A stretch of DNA of 61,830 nucleotides, counting the filler, from Squatina squatina (taxonomy: Eukaryota): NCBI GenBank assembly GCA_031763465.1. It is 4 parts of 4 records of this genome, joined end to end, with 100 filler letters (N's around TTAATTAATTAA, not from the genome) between each part and the next. Parts side by side here need not be neighbours in the genome. Positions count along the whole stretch, not along the records: positions 1 to 14,402 come from JARFOE010000168.1; 3 more parts are not named here. One strand, written 5' to 3'. Positions 1 through 12,885 of the stretch are shown here, in pieces. The notes beneath the pieces are model-generated. The model was given only the letters and a program-made list of their open reading frames with translations. It did no database searches and was not told where the DNA came from. Every line of letters starts with the position of its first letter. The first letter of the stretch is position 1. A program made the translations under genes and the position numbers.

Positions 1-664
1 TGTCTCTTTAGGTAATTAGTCCCAATGGCCTTATGCTTTCCTGTGTTCCCTGGGATCATTCAGATGAGAGCTGGCTGGGAACAGAGGTCAGGAGGAGCCT
101 TGTTGTCTCCCTGTGAGTCACTGTTTTCCTCGGATCTGTGTGCTTGTCAGATGGTGTTCTGTGTGTGTCTGAGTGAGCGGCACGGAAGCGAAGCGGGCCC
201 CGCATGTTACCCGAGATGTTTGGCGCTGACATCTTGGAGCCTTGCAGCTGTCAAACTCTGGCAGCAGTTGGAAACAACACCATGGTGACAGCCTCAGGAA
301 TCCAGCTCCAAGCTGACAAAGTGCGTAATCCCCATCACAGATTCAAAGAGCTGGAAGAAAAAATGCCTGACTGTAGCACCAGGATTGAATGTTGCTCACC
401 AACAGGGGAGGCAACAACAAACGGTGGCACAGAGAAATAAACCCATTCAATATTAAAGGACCTGTACTTTACGTACTTAAAGATACACAGTGGAAAACAG
501 ACTAAGTGAATGATCTGACTTGAGTATAGATGCAATGAACGCAAATATAAAATAAGGGAGCCTGAAGGATGATGTGAGATTGGAAGGAATTTTCCCTACA
601 TAGTGATAGCTGTGTGGAATGGATCCCAAGATGTGTGGAATGGACCCCTAGATGTGTGGAATAG

Positions 665-915
665 ATAGTATTACATAGTATTTACAGCACAGAAACAGAC
701 CATTCAGCCAAACAGGTCCATGCCAGTGTTGATGCTCCACATGACCCTCCTCCCACCCCTCTTCATCTCACCCCATCACCATATCCTTCTATTCCCTTCT
801 CCCTCATGTGCTTATCCAGCTTTCCCTCAAATGCATCTTTGTTAGTCGCCTCAACCACTCCCTGTGGCAGCAACTTCCACATTCTCACCACTCTCTGGGT
901 AAAGAAGTTTCTCTT
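665..915 (-). mobile_element. CR1-type LINE / related SINE 3' tail fragment
   Basis: Reverse complement matches the CR1 3' end seen repeatedly in this window (…gaagaggg-ggaggagg-tcatgtggagca…ggctgaatggtctgtttctgtgctgta); truncated by a gap. Confidence 0.65.
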
Positions 916-1789
916 NNNNNNNNNNNNNNNNNNNNNNNNNNNNNNNNNNNNNNNNNNNNNNNNNNNNNNNNNNNNNNNNNNNNNNNNNNNNNNNNNNNNN
1001 NNNNNNNNNNNNNNNAATTACTCAAAGACAGTTTCAAATGGGATCTGACAGTGAAACTCCTCAATTAAAAGGCTTCTAATGATGCAGCAGAGCTGAGTCT
1101 GAGTAATAGACTTGTGTAGGTGTAAGGGCACTGATGTACATATGGTGACACACCAGGCCACCACTGCACTTTTCTTTGTTGACCATCTAATTTAGTTGCT
1201 CTAAACATTTATTTTAGATGTATACATTTAGTTTATAGTTGTTTTTTTATGACGAACCTATTCTGGAGAACTCACGAAGCTGACCTTGTATTTATTCTCA
1301 TCTGTTGACTTTACTTATGGCTTCCTGGCTAAATATTTAGGAAACTTTGGATCTTCCTGTATAACCTTTTCACAAACCCTAATACAATGTTTTCTTACTA
1401 AATAAATTTCAAAAGTACTTGTGTGTTTTTGTTCTCATGTGGAGACAGTAGACATAAACGAGGGGTTTCAGCACGTGTTGAGGATTAACAAAACTCTGCC
1501 AACTTCCTGATGCACCAGTCACTTTTTCCGACTTTACTTTTCCCCTTTCTTCAGGTGGTCAATATAATTAGTCAAGAGGTGTGAAATAAATATGGATGAG
1601 GTGGGAGCCAGGAGGTGTTGATATTACGTCCCAATGCAAATTTATGTAAGATATCAGATTCAGAAGATGAATGGGAGGACAGTGATATAGCTACACTGTC
1701 ATTAAAAGTTAAGAAAATGTAATCGAAGATCCTGTGTTGCTTTCCAGACTCCCACAAGGGCAGAGGTCATGGTTGTTTTTATCATTGAG

Positions 1790-2070
1790 ATGTGGGCAAC
1801 ATTGGCAAAGTAGTAGTTATTGCCCATTCCTAGTTACCCTGAGGGCATTCATAGTTAACCATATAATGTGGGACTGTAGTAAGGGTGGCAGGTTTCCTTC
1901 CCTGAAGGATATTAGTGAATCACTTGGGTTTTTACAACAATCGGAAACTTTCATGGTACTAGCCCACAAATGACCAAATTCATTGGATCCAAGTTCACAA
2001 CTTGTGCTGGTGGAATTTGAATTCACAACCTCATACTATAATTTAGTTTCATAATCACTAATGCACTGTA
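1790..2070 (-). mobile_element. Degenerate tRNA-derived SINE
   Basis: B-box-like GTGAATTCAAATTCCACC on the minus strand, plus a body (ggcaggtttccttccctgaagga…gggtttttacaacaat) resembling a common fish/shark SINE. Boundaries approximate. Confidence 0.45.
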
Positions 2071-3194
2071 TCCACCAAGAGGAGGTAAGTTGGGAAGTAC
2101 TAATTAGGTGACACAAAACTTGGGTTTTAACAGTTTGTAGGTTTTATGAGGAAGGGAGACTGGTGGAGGAAAGAAGTTCTATCAAAGTCCCAGATTCCTC
2201 CATCACCATCCCTGNNNNNNNNNNNNNNNNNNNNNNNNNNNNNNNNNNNNNNNNNNNNNNNNNNNNNNNNNNNNNNNNNNNNNNNNNNNNNNNNNNNNNN
2301 NNNNNNNNNNNNNNAGGTGCTTGGGTGTTTATCCCTCCAACCCTCCCCCAAGTCACTGACAAGAGTAAGGGTCAGGGTTAGGGTGAGAGCCACAAGCAGG
2401 TTGACAATTAGGGCCAAAGTCGAGGTCAGTGTAAGGGTTGGTGGGACATAGTGGTGGACGACCAAATATTACATTACAGGTAGCTCGTTACCAGACATTA
2501 CAGGCAATGTCTTGCCAAACTCAGCTAGTTTTATAACAATGTCGCTGGCGGTATAGTGAATTATGTGTTTATCTGGTGCATGTGTGACTGATTCTTTGTG
2601 TGTATGTGTCTTGCCAACGTTAACAGATTCTATAGTTCTGGAACCCATCCAGCTGCTCTGTAGTCACAGCACAGACCACCGGCCACAGCATAGACCTGCT
2701 GGTTAACCTGTGCTGGCTCTCACTGCATCCCTGTTGAAGAATGCAGCTTTCAGGGGGGTTACTGGGTTAAGCTTGTATGCCGTGCACATTCTGCATGTTC
2801 CAGCTTGTCCGGCATCTCACCCCAGTGAAGCAAAAAATCTCTTTGGAACAGACTGGCCGTCCCTGGTGACATGCCGAGTAAATGCCCCCTGCTTGGCCAT
2901 CTGCATCAGTCTCCTGACATTCGCGACCCTTTCATTCTTCCTGTGTAACACAATTTAAAGTACAACAGAAAAACGGAATTGCAGGGCGGGCCCTGGGAAT
3001 GTGCAGTGCAAGCATGCTGTGCTGTGCAGAAAGAACAGTTCATGGCAAGTGACAGCTCGTCACTGAAACAGGGGGCTGTCAGACACTACACCAAAAGTAG
3101 GAAATGTGAGAGGATAGAGGTTAGCAATTGTCGGACTGTAGAAGATTCTGATCAGCAGTGAAACGCTTTATTGCTGCCTAAAGTTGTGTAAAGG

Positions 3195-3598
3195 TATGTG
3201 TGCCTGTGTGCACAACTGCGTGTGTTCACATGCGACTGTGCGGGCCTGCACACATAACTGTGTCTATCTGCATGTGGGTATCTATGCATCTGCAATTCAG
3301 TGTGTGTGTATTGTGTGTGTATCTATCAATGTGTCTGTCTGTGTTTATGCATGCCTGTAAGTTTGTGTGTCTCTATCCGTGTGTTTGTCTGAGTGTATTT
3401 ATCTGTATTTGTATGTTTATCTTTTTCTGTGTGTGTGTTGATTTATGAGTGTGTGTATTTCTCTGTGTATTTGTGATGTGTGTGTGTCTATTTCTGTGTG
3501 TCTATTACTGTGTGTGTCTATTTCTGTGTGCATGTGTGCCGAGACTTCTGTGTGTGTGTGTCTAATTCTGTGTGTCTATATTTCTGTGTGTGTGTCTA
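3195..3598. repeat. Degenerate (TG)n-rich low-complexity repeat
   Basis: Visible tgtg/tctatttctgtgtg units; accounts for the Cys/Val-rich spurious ORFs. Confidence 0.9.
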
Positions 3599-6247
3599 NN
3601 NNNNNNNNNNNNNNNNNNNNNNNNNNNNNNNNNNNNNNNNNNNNNNNNNNNNNNNNNNNNNNNNNNNNNNNNNNNNNNNNNNNNNNNNNNNNNNNNNNAT
3701 ATGAATTTCCACTCAAAAGCACTCACTTGCCCAAAATAGCATTTCCAGAATAATTGAAGCAGGTCCCGATTCCTGTTACTCTGACAGCAGAATCCGACTG
3801 ACTAAATGATTGCATATGATGTTGTTTTGAGGGAAAAATGGCAGTGATGCAATATAAAAGATTATAACAATTTTGCACCATTATTAAAAAAAAACCACAA
3901 ATAAAATTGGCGTCACAGATGCCCTGGCTTGCTGACTGTCGACTGCTTGGATGCCTATTTTCACTGGACCAAGTCTTTTTTTTAAATTGGATCAGTTCCA
4001 GTGATGTAGCGTTCTATGTGGTTCTGTAAACTCACCTAGTATTCCCTAATCCCTTCTTGTGCTGAGCTTTGGCAAGCAGTGGCCGTCGGAAGTAATGGTA
4101 ATATCAGTGAAGCTCTGGGCCAAACCACATCAGAGAGTCATCCATGATTATTAAACCATCTTGTCTTTCAGGATATTATCAAGCCAAGCAAAGCCACTTT
4201 GCTTTCATTAGAGCAGATTTTTTTTCAGCCACATCAGTAGTCTGCCTCTGTGTCAGTCCCCGTCAGTCTCGGACAGACAGCATTCACTGTTTAAGGAGGG
4301 GAAACATGGATAAGATTCAACCACTTATTTCACCCATTTGCAAATAATCACAATGATGTGGCATCTTGAAAGTTATGACAGTTCCAAATGAACAGAGTTC
4401 GTTATTTTACTAACAAAGACGCAGAGACTGATATCCTTTTATGGGATGCAGCCATATTTGTGGCTGGAACACATATAAATATTTTTTTAATGAGAAATGT
4501 GGTGCTTGATAGTGCCTTGGCAGGGTAATACTTTGGTACAGAGTGCTGGGATTCTAGCATTTTCAACAACAACAGATGTGTAATAAACATAAAATATATC
4601 CTTCATAAATGAATGCATTGAGGTCAATTTTTAACTTTACCTCCTTAGTGCAGTGGCCTGGGCAGAGGGCAGAGAGGAAAATCAGGCGGAGAGGACTGCA
4701 CACCCATAATGGAGCCCGTCTGATTTTTCTTCCGTTCATCAAATGAAGAAAAATCAGGTGGGCTCCTTCTGCTATAAGTGCATGATTCTCCCTGTCTCAT
4801 TTTTCTTTCTGCACCTCTTCTTTCATATGGTTGCAGCAAAGCAAATCAAATGTTAATATCTATGTCAGATACCCAGGCCAAAGCTTCCGGTGTAACAGTG
4901 TGGATATCTTGTAGGCTGCCTGCAAATTTCCTCTGAAATTCCTCTGTCTAGTGCTCAATGATGTTGCGCCAGGGTCTGATTAGGAGCTCCACGGTCGTAT
5001 AATGGGGATGCTTTAATCTTTCGCCTATGGAGAAGGTGGCAGCATCTACCATGACCAATTTTGAGGCAGTTGATGGTTGTCCACTGTTTATGAGGGAGGT
5101 TTGATCCTTCAGGTTGTACTGTGGGCTCCTCTATAAGGAATCCATTCCGTATGTCACAGTTCTTTCAAGCATTTCGCCATCGGTTATCAAGGCTGAAGGG
5201 ANNNNNNNNNNNNNNNNNNNNNNNNNNNNNNNNNNNNNNNNNNNNNNNNNNNNNNNNNNNNNNNNNNNNNNNNNNNNNNNNNNNNNNNNNNNNNNNNNNN
5301 NAATTTTAAATCTGAGATTGATATATTTTTGTTTACCAAAGGTATTAAGGGATATGGGCCAAAGGCGGGTATATGGAGTTAGGTTGTAGATCGGTCATGC
5401 ACTCAGATCAGCCATGAACTCATTGAATGGTGGAACAGGCTCGAGGGGAGAAATGGCCTCCTCCTGTTCCTCTGTCCCTGTGAGACAAGCCTTATGCCTC
5501 CACAGCTTGAATGCCTTGCTTGTGTCTCAGTGACCAGAACTGGACAACATTCCATGCGCAGCCTGACCAGGGCCCTCGACATTTGATTGGAACTTCCCTG
5601 AACATATTCCACAGTCAGAATTCCTGGATAGATCTCCCACAGTCAGGGTTTATTGATAGCTTGTTTGAAAAACGTGTAATTGAATTTTTAAAAGATGCCA
5701 GTACATGTTAAATGAAGTTCAACCATTACATGACTGGTTGGTAATTGAGAACAGGAGCCCTGGCTGATGCTTCTGCTCCCCAGCCCAGGAGTCAAATGTA
5801 AGCACTTGCTGAGATCTGCTCATCGCACAAAGCCTAAGGCTTTAGGCTTCCACAGCCTGTTTCACACTGCTTGGACACATTCAGTCATTCAGGGCAATTA
5901 GAGTGATTGACTGAAACTTCAAAATAGAAAAAAACATGAGATTTGATTTCTCCTCGACTGACCTTGAAATAGACAAATGGTTATTGTCACGAAGGGGTTA
6001 AATGCTAAAGAAATAGAATATTTGGCAGCGAATGCGTCTGAAGGGGAAGGGGATGAAGCAGGCGATTAGAAGCCGTCATTGTGTACTGCCTTCTTCAGAT
6101 GGGAAGTCCCGAATGGGACATTTAGACTTTCCATTACATCACAGTGCTCGGTAAAATCATATACTGTATGGCCCGTCATTTTGTGTGCTATCCATTTCAA
6201 CTTTTTTATTTAACCTATAATTTTTTTCCTTCATCTCCCCTCATCAG

Positions 6248-6373
6248 GCTCGAGAGCAGTAAGTTGAAATTGACTCAGCGGTTTTGCCACAAGGAAAGGT
6301 TGAGCCAACATGACTATGCAGTGAATGAGCAGCCCCGCCCCCGCCCCCGCCCACGCTCTCTCAGTTTGGATTG
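6248..6373 (+). CDS. ANKFN1-like 5' coding exon (LESSKLKLTQRFCHKERLSQHDYAVNEQPRPRPRPRSLSLDW)
   Basis: Strong polypyrimidine tract plus cag acceptor; TG|GTAAGT donor; 126 nt, phase 2/2. Joins in frame to the exon at 8906 (TG+G = Trp). Resembles the ANKFN1 N-terminus (AQRLSHRRKQSQCD…SINW). Confidence 0.75.
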
Positions 6374-7280
6374 GTAAGTGTGATCTACGGGGAGGCTCAC
6401 TCTCACGCTGAAACACAGTCACTTGTACAACCCAACTGCAGTCAGTGCTCCTTTGAACTTTGCTCTCGTGCTCCTTCTAAGTGCCAAATCTTCCATCCTA
6501 CTGAATCTCCCCACTTCCTAAATCTCCACTGTCTCTAGACTTCGAAGACCATTTTCCGCTCTAACTCACTCTTTCCCAGAGCCTCAAATCTGTGAAGCTC
6601 CGTGTCACTCTGAGTCTCCCCTTGCTCTCACAATCTTCACAGTTTCAAAAACCAAGTATGGCGTCACTCCTTCCTAATTAATCTCATTCTTTTTTTTTCT
6701 CTTTCTCGTGACCCATAGTATGAGCCTTAACCTTTCATCTTTTCTTTTCAACAAGAACATGAACATTAAGGACTTCATTTCCAACAGTTGTTGAAAGAAG
6801 TTGAGGCCAGTATGCTGCAGTGTTGCCCTTGTATGTTGGTGCTGTTCATATTCTGAGACACCTGTCATTGTGGTGTCTGGGTATTAAGGGCATATGTAAG
6901 TGACTTGAAGATGTGAGGGAAACCAATAGTGTTGGAAGAAGACTGATATGGACCACTGACACCTACAGTCATTGATTGATTGTGCAGTTCACTAGTATCA
7001 GAAACGACAAAATTCAGAATAATGGATTCTGGTGATAAAGCAGCAATTTTTCAAACACAATTAAAAGATGAATTGACAAGGTACAGCAAAGGAGAGATAA
7101 AGCTGCCTTGTGTAAGAAAAGCTAATCACATGCTTTGAGATGCTGCGTGAATAGCACCCACCATCAATCAGAGCTGTTACTTAAGCACGATTTTATGTGA
7201 ATCATGACTTCATCGATATGCTGGAAAATTAAACACTTTTGTTTGAACAATATGCATCTAGTATCAGTATTAAACACTTC

Positions 7281-7374
7281 CAGCACAGGTACTGCACGGG
7301 TTGGATACAGAGTAAAGCTCCCTCTACACTGTCCCATCAAACACTCCCAGGGCAGGTACAGCACGGGGTTAGAT
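7281..7374. repeat. ~66-bp elasmobranch-type satellite (acactgtcccatcaaacactcccagggcaggtacagcacggggttagatacagagtaaagctccctct)
   Basis: Repeat units run into a gap; the same family occurs in reverse at 14275-14402. Confidence 0.75.
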
Positions 7375-8905
7375 NNNNNNNNNNNNNNNNNNNNNNNNNN
7401 NNNNNNNNNNNNNNNNNNNNNNNNNNNNNNNNNNNNNNNNNNNNNNNNNNNNNNNNNNNNNNNNNNNNNNNNNNCATATTGAATGGCGGTGCAGGCTCGA
7501 AGGGCCAAATGGCCTACTCCTGCACCTATTTTCTATGTTTCTATGTTTCCCCTCCCCGCAAAATTCCCACTGACTGTTACACTGAGAATGATACTGCTTC
7601 ATGCTATCAGTTTACTATTAACAGATAACTGTGGCTGGGAACACTAAGCAGTGGCTCCTAACCCAGTCCCAGTGCTTCCAGTCAGTCTGGTGCCAAGCCT
7701 CATCTTACACTTTTTCCTTAAATGTGCCACATTTCGACAAGCTGCACTTGACAGGATCTGAGAAAGTGAGTGCAGAATTGCAATTACATGCTCCACAGTT
7801 TCAGTGATTTATGAGGCCAAACAGCTCCAGTGAAGCAGTGTTCAGGAGAGATTAGCCAGTTTGTCAGTACACTGAGGCTGGAAATTGACTGTAGCTGAAG
7901 TCCATCTGATACCCGGTTAAAATACTCGGCTCATGTCCTGATAATGATGAACAATTCACACTGTAAACACTCAATATTAAAAGAAGTCCAAAACCAGTCA
8001 TGTTCAAACGATTACCACTGATCTAATTTTTTATCAACTTTCAAAGAATGAATCTACAATGACCTCTGAAACAATTTTCAAAACAATGGCAGCTGCTCAA
8101 CAAAAACTTGCATTTACAGAGCACCTTGAAAGTTGTGAAGAAATAATCTGCTTGGTGTTTGTGCATTTTTGGTGCTGGTTTGCATTGAACGTGATTGGTT
8201 CCACATCATTAACTATATTCAAAAGGCAGTTAGATGTGGCCCTTAAGGCTAAAGGGATCAGGGGGTATGGAGAGAAAGCAGGTACGGGGTACTGAGTTGA
8301 AAGATCAGCCATGATCGTGTTGANNNNNNNNNNNNNNNNNNNNNNNNNNNNNNNNNNNNNNNNNNNNNNNNNNNNNNNNNNNNNNNNNNNNNNNNNNNNN
8401 NNNNNNNNNNNNNNNNNNNNNNNACTTAGAAACTGATATTAGAGTGGGTATGTGTATTGCTGATTGGTGTGTTGTATGGACGTCCTGTCTTGTGGCATTG
8501 CTCTGCTCATCATCTTTTGGCAGAACAATGTGTAATCACAATCTTTGACATACTTTCGATGAGTGTAGATGAACTATTGGGGGAGGAACTGCACCCTGAC
8601 TTCAGCAGTTAGTTACCAGTGGGCTCAATGTGACGTGCAGCATGGGTGGGGCAGGGGGGAGGTGACAATTTATGTGCAGCATGATCTGTGAATTGGGGCG
8701 TACTGAATGTACAAACCAGTGGTGAATAGGAGACCTGAAAGGATGGTGGGCAGGCTCTCAACTCTGCTCCAACAAGACAGAGTTGTAAATCTGCAGCACA
8801 GCCCAACTGATGTTAAGAGGCCTCCACTCCAGACCCTGAGATGATCTGTAACTATATCTGTGAATGTGTCTACAGTAAAGAACCTTCTTGTTATTGTACT
8901 GACAG

Positions 8906-9107
8906 GTCCTCATCTCCCAAGATGACTCAGCAGATGCGGGATCTCCAGCTGGCTCACGGGAAGAAATTGGTCACTCCGTCCTCTCCTAATGCAGCAAAGA
9001 GATTGTACCGAAATCTTTCGGGAAAGTTCAAAGTTAATTATACTTCGTTCGATGATACAAACTTGATAGGAAGAAATGAAAAGAACAAACAGCGGAAGTC
9101 CTGTGCG
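8906..9107 (+). CDS. ANKFN1-like (Wide awake/Nmf9 family) exon preceding the ankyrin repeats
   Basis: KMTQQMRDLQLAHGKKLVTPSSPNAAKRLYRNLSGKFK…SFD matches ANKFN1 MTQQMQNLHL…PSSPNAAKRLYRNLSEKLK…SFDE; gacag acceptor and GCG|GTAAGG donor. Confidence 0.9.
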
Positions 9108-9460
9108 GTAAGGAAGCCCAAAGATTCTACTTGGTGGTGATTGGGTGTGTTTCACGTGGAAATGACTCGGGGCCCTGTTTATGCACTGTTGTGTTCTCTG
9201 CCTGCGCAGCTGGGCTGGAATGGGCAAACTGTGCATCGGTTTCAATTTTCATTGACTTCAAAAGTCAAAAAGGGGATAGACAAATGATTCAAATGGAGTG
9301 TTGTGTGTGGTTTCTTTACGTTTGATGTTCCCATTGGGTGTAATGTCCCTGATCACCCCTGTGAGTGGACTCCATCTCCCCTACAAAGCACAGTGTGCCT
9401 TTATCTGCCCAATATCTAGATAAATGTAGCAAGACCCTTTGTGACTGTACCCTGGCTTAC

Positions 9461-9677
9461 TGGACTATATACAGACCCCCAAATAGTCAGAGAGAAATAG
9501 AAGAGCAAATATGTCGGCAAATTTTTGAAAAGTGCAAAATGAACAGAGCAGTAATAGTAGGGGATTTTCAACTACACTAATATTGACTGGGATAGAATCA
9601 GTCAAAAGGTATAGAGGGTGGAGAATTCTTCAAATGCATTCAGGAGAACATTTTTAGCCAGTATGTAGCAAGCCCAN
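9461..9677 (+). mobile_element. CR1 LINE ORF2 endonuclease fragment
   Basis: YRPPNSQREIEEQICRQI…AVIVGDF motif of the CR1 APE domain; frameshifted. Confidence 0.85.
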
Positions 9678-10429
9678 NNNNNNNNNNNNNNNNNNNNNNN
9701 NNNNNNNNNNNNNNNNNNNNNNNNNNNNNNNNNNNNNNNNNNNNNNNNNNNNNNNNNNNNNNNNNNNNNNNNNNNNTGGTTCTATCAATGACCTGCTCCC
9801 GGGCCATAATGTCCGAGGCGAGAGGGTTGCAGTGTGTAAGGAGCTAGAGGCTATGCGAGCCACAGGGATGCGCGTTCGATGCCTGCCCCTGGATCCAGCT
9901 AACGAGCGCTCGTCTTGTGCACCATTCAGCGCTAAGTAAGCATGGAGAATTACTACAATCCCAAATGGCTCGGAGCCAACTAAGTCTCTTGTTCGACAAG
10001 GCCGTTTTTTTTTCCCCTTGTCTTTCCCTTTTTAAATTATGAGGGTTGAGATTTATCGGGCTATTTGTTTGAGGAGGGCAGAGGACTGGAAAATCCAGCC
10101 CTAATCGGGGAAGAGTGTTATTAAAAACAAATCTCATTCAGGCTTCATTTAATTGGCAATAATGGGAGAACATCCTCCCTTCACTCTCCCAAGCTCCTTG
10201 TTTTGCTGCCTGGGCTGATGAATTCACAGTCACCAATCATCCATTCCCTCACCTTTGATGTCCTTGCTCTTGGCCCAGATCAAAAGTGAAAGAACATGAT
10301 GTTACAACACATCATTTCACGACATTAAGNNNNNNNNNNNNNNNNNNNNNNNNNNNNNNNNNNNNNNNNNNNNNNNNNNNNNNNNNNNNNNNNNNNNNNN
10401 NNNNNNNNNNNNNNNNNNNNNNNNNNNNN

Positions 10430-11840
10430 AAGGGAACATACTTGCTTTGAACCCTCAGTATCTCCTCTTTGAATGTCTCCCACTGCTCTGACACTGATTT
10501 ATCTTCAACGAGCTGATTCCAGTCCACATCTTGGCTTAGTAAAATTAGCTTTTTCCCAATTGAGAACTTTTATTCCACATCTATCCTTGTCCTTTTCCAT
10601 AACTACCCTAAATCTAATTGAATTATGATCACTTCCACCAAAGTGCTCCCCAACTGATACTCCTTCCACTGCCCAGCTTCATTCCCTAAAACTGAACCCA
10701 GAACCGTCCCCTCTCCTGTTGGGCTTGCCATGTACTGGCTAAAAACTTTCTCCTGAATGCATTTTAAGAATTCTGTTTCCTTTGTGCCTTTCACACTAAT
10801 TCCACCCCAGTTAATATTAGGGTAGTTGAAATCCCCCACTATTACTGCCCTATTGTTTTTGCACTTCGCAGAGATTTGCCTGCATATTTGATCCTCTGTC
10901 TCCCTCTGACTGGGGTCTGTAGTACACTCACAGTAGTGTGATTTCCCCTTTTGTTCTTCAATTCATCCCAGATGGCCTCTTTGATGATCCTGCTAACATA
11001 TCATCCCTCCTCACAGGTATAATTGTTTCTTGAATCAATATTGCAAATCCCCGCTCCTTTTTTATCCCCCTCCCTATCTTGTCTCAAAACCCTGTAACCA
11101 AGAATGTTGAGCTGCCATTTCTGCTCTTCTTTCAGCCATAGCTTTCAGTAATAGCTTTAATATCATACTCCCACGTGTCAATCTGTGCTCTCAGCTCATC
11201 TGCCTTATCCATGGACTTCTTGCATTAAAGTAAATACCATTTAGTACTGCCAAACTCCCTTGTTGTATATTTTCTAGCCTTTGTTTCCTCTGCCTTCCAA
11301 ACTCGTTTACTAATTTTCTGNNNNNNNNNNNNNNNNNNNNNNNNNNNNNNNNNNNNNNNNNNNNNNNNNNNNNNNNNNNNNNNNNNNNNNNNNNNNNNNN
11401 NNNNNNNNNNNNNNNNNNNNCACTTGTTGTCTATTTTCTAGCCTTTGTTTCCTCTGCCTTGCAAACTTGCTTACTAATTTTCTGCATTCCATTTCCAACT
11501 TTTCTTTTCTCCCTTCTGAATCTACTCCCTGGTTCCCATTCCCCTGCCAAGTTCAGTTAAACCCTCCCTAACAGCACTAGCAAAAACCCCTGTGAGGATA
11601 TTGATCCCAGTCCTGTTGAGGTGCAGCCATTCCAGCTTGGATAGGTCCCACCTCCCCTAGAAATGGCTCCAATGCCTCAGTAATCTAAAGCCCTCCCTCC
11701 TGCGCCATCTCTCCAGCCATGTATTCATGAGCTCTATCTTCCTATTTCGGTACTCACTAGCATGTGGCACTGAGAGTAATCCAGAGATTACTACCTTTGT
11801 GGTCCTGCTTTTCAATCTCTTTCCAAGCTCCCTAAACTCT
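10430..11840 (-). mobile_element. CR1 LINE fragment (end of ORF1 and ORF2 endonuclease)
   Basis: GDFNYPNINW…FLKCIQE…SPTGEGTVL and DWNQL…SVSEQWETFKEEI motifs; degenerate and interrupted by a gap. Confidence 0.85.
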
Positions 11841-12885
11841 GTCTAGCCATGCTGCAGCCACTGGGGTTGCATTGCATGACATCACTAGGATAGTGCAAAG
11901 CAGTCACTACAGAAATTCACAAGGGTGATTAGTTGATTTCTTGATGTCATATTGGGAGAAAATATGGATAAAATTGGATTGGAAAGTTTGCTCTGTGGTG
12001 GCTTTTATTTCAGCATTGTGGTCAAGAGGATGCTGTGACAGTCAGTAACAGAGGGAAGATAAGGTGTGGGACAAATGTTGAAAGGGGAATTGGGGTTGTG
12101 TTCACTGGTACCACAGGTGGATGATTCNNNNNNNNNNNNNNNNNNNNNNNNNNNNNNNNNNNNNNNNNNNNNNNNNNNNNNNNNNNNNNNNNNNNNNNNN
12201 NNNNNNNNNNNNNNNNNNNNNNNNNNNCATTCAATCATTTTCCCTCCAGCTTCCCATGGGTGTCTATGGTGGTCTGTTGTGCACATTTCACCGCCTCCTT
12301 CACTCAGCACCACGATATCCAGAATTATCAGCTGATAACTTCGTACAGCGCCTCCCATCATCTGCACTCCATTCTGCATATATCTGTCTTCACAGCCATT
12401 ATAGAGTGCACCTTCACAAATGCGGGCAAGTGGATATATGGTAGTCGTTTTTTGCATATTGAAATAATCCTTCCGATCTTGTGCGAGAAGGCAGTACACA
12501 ATCCAAGAAAGATGCCTGCAACTGAAGATGACCACGTGGTACAGTGTGGCCAGCAAGCTTACAGAGACTGACCACATTTGAAAGGTACAGACTTCAAATA
12601 CAGGGCCAGGACTTGGAGGAGGAAGCTGGAGATGGAGATACTAAAGTTGCTGAAAGAATCTGACACCATTGAAGTGTGAGCTGGTGTAAATGCCAAACAA
12701 GCTGCTACTGACTTGTAACAGGCCGGCACCATTTCCTATCACATACAAAAAAAAGATTAATTTGTTACACATACCAAAGAACTTTTTTGTCTTCATATAG
12801 ACCATAAATAGCACAAAATAACGTCACGTTGGATACTTCATGGTCCTTTTGGACATAACATCATGCTATTAAGTTTTGGACGCAA

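Noticed and set aside
204-440. 78-aa ORF as a coding exon
   Set aside because: No recognisable homology and no convincing splice sites.
2365-2440. Interstitial telomeric repeat
   Set aside because: Only one perfect TTAGGG unit among degenerate ones.
12228-12735. Minus-strand acceptor-like site and short ORFs downstream of the RA exon
   Set aside because: All frames contain stops and none is recognisable; better explained as 3' UTR.
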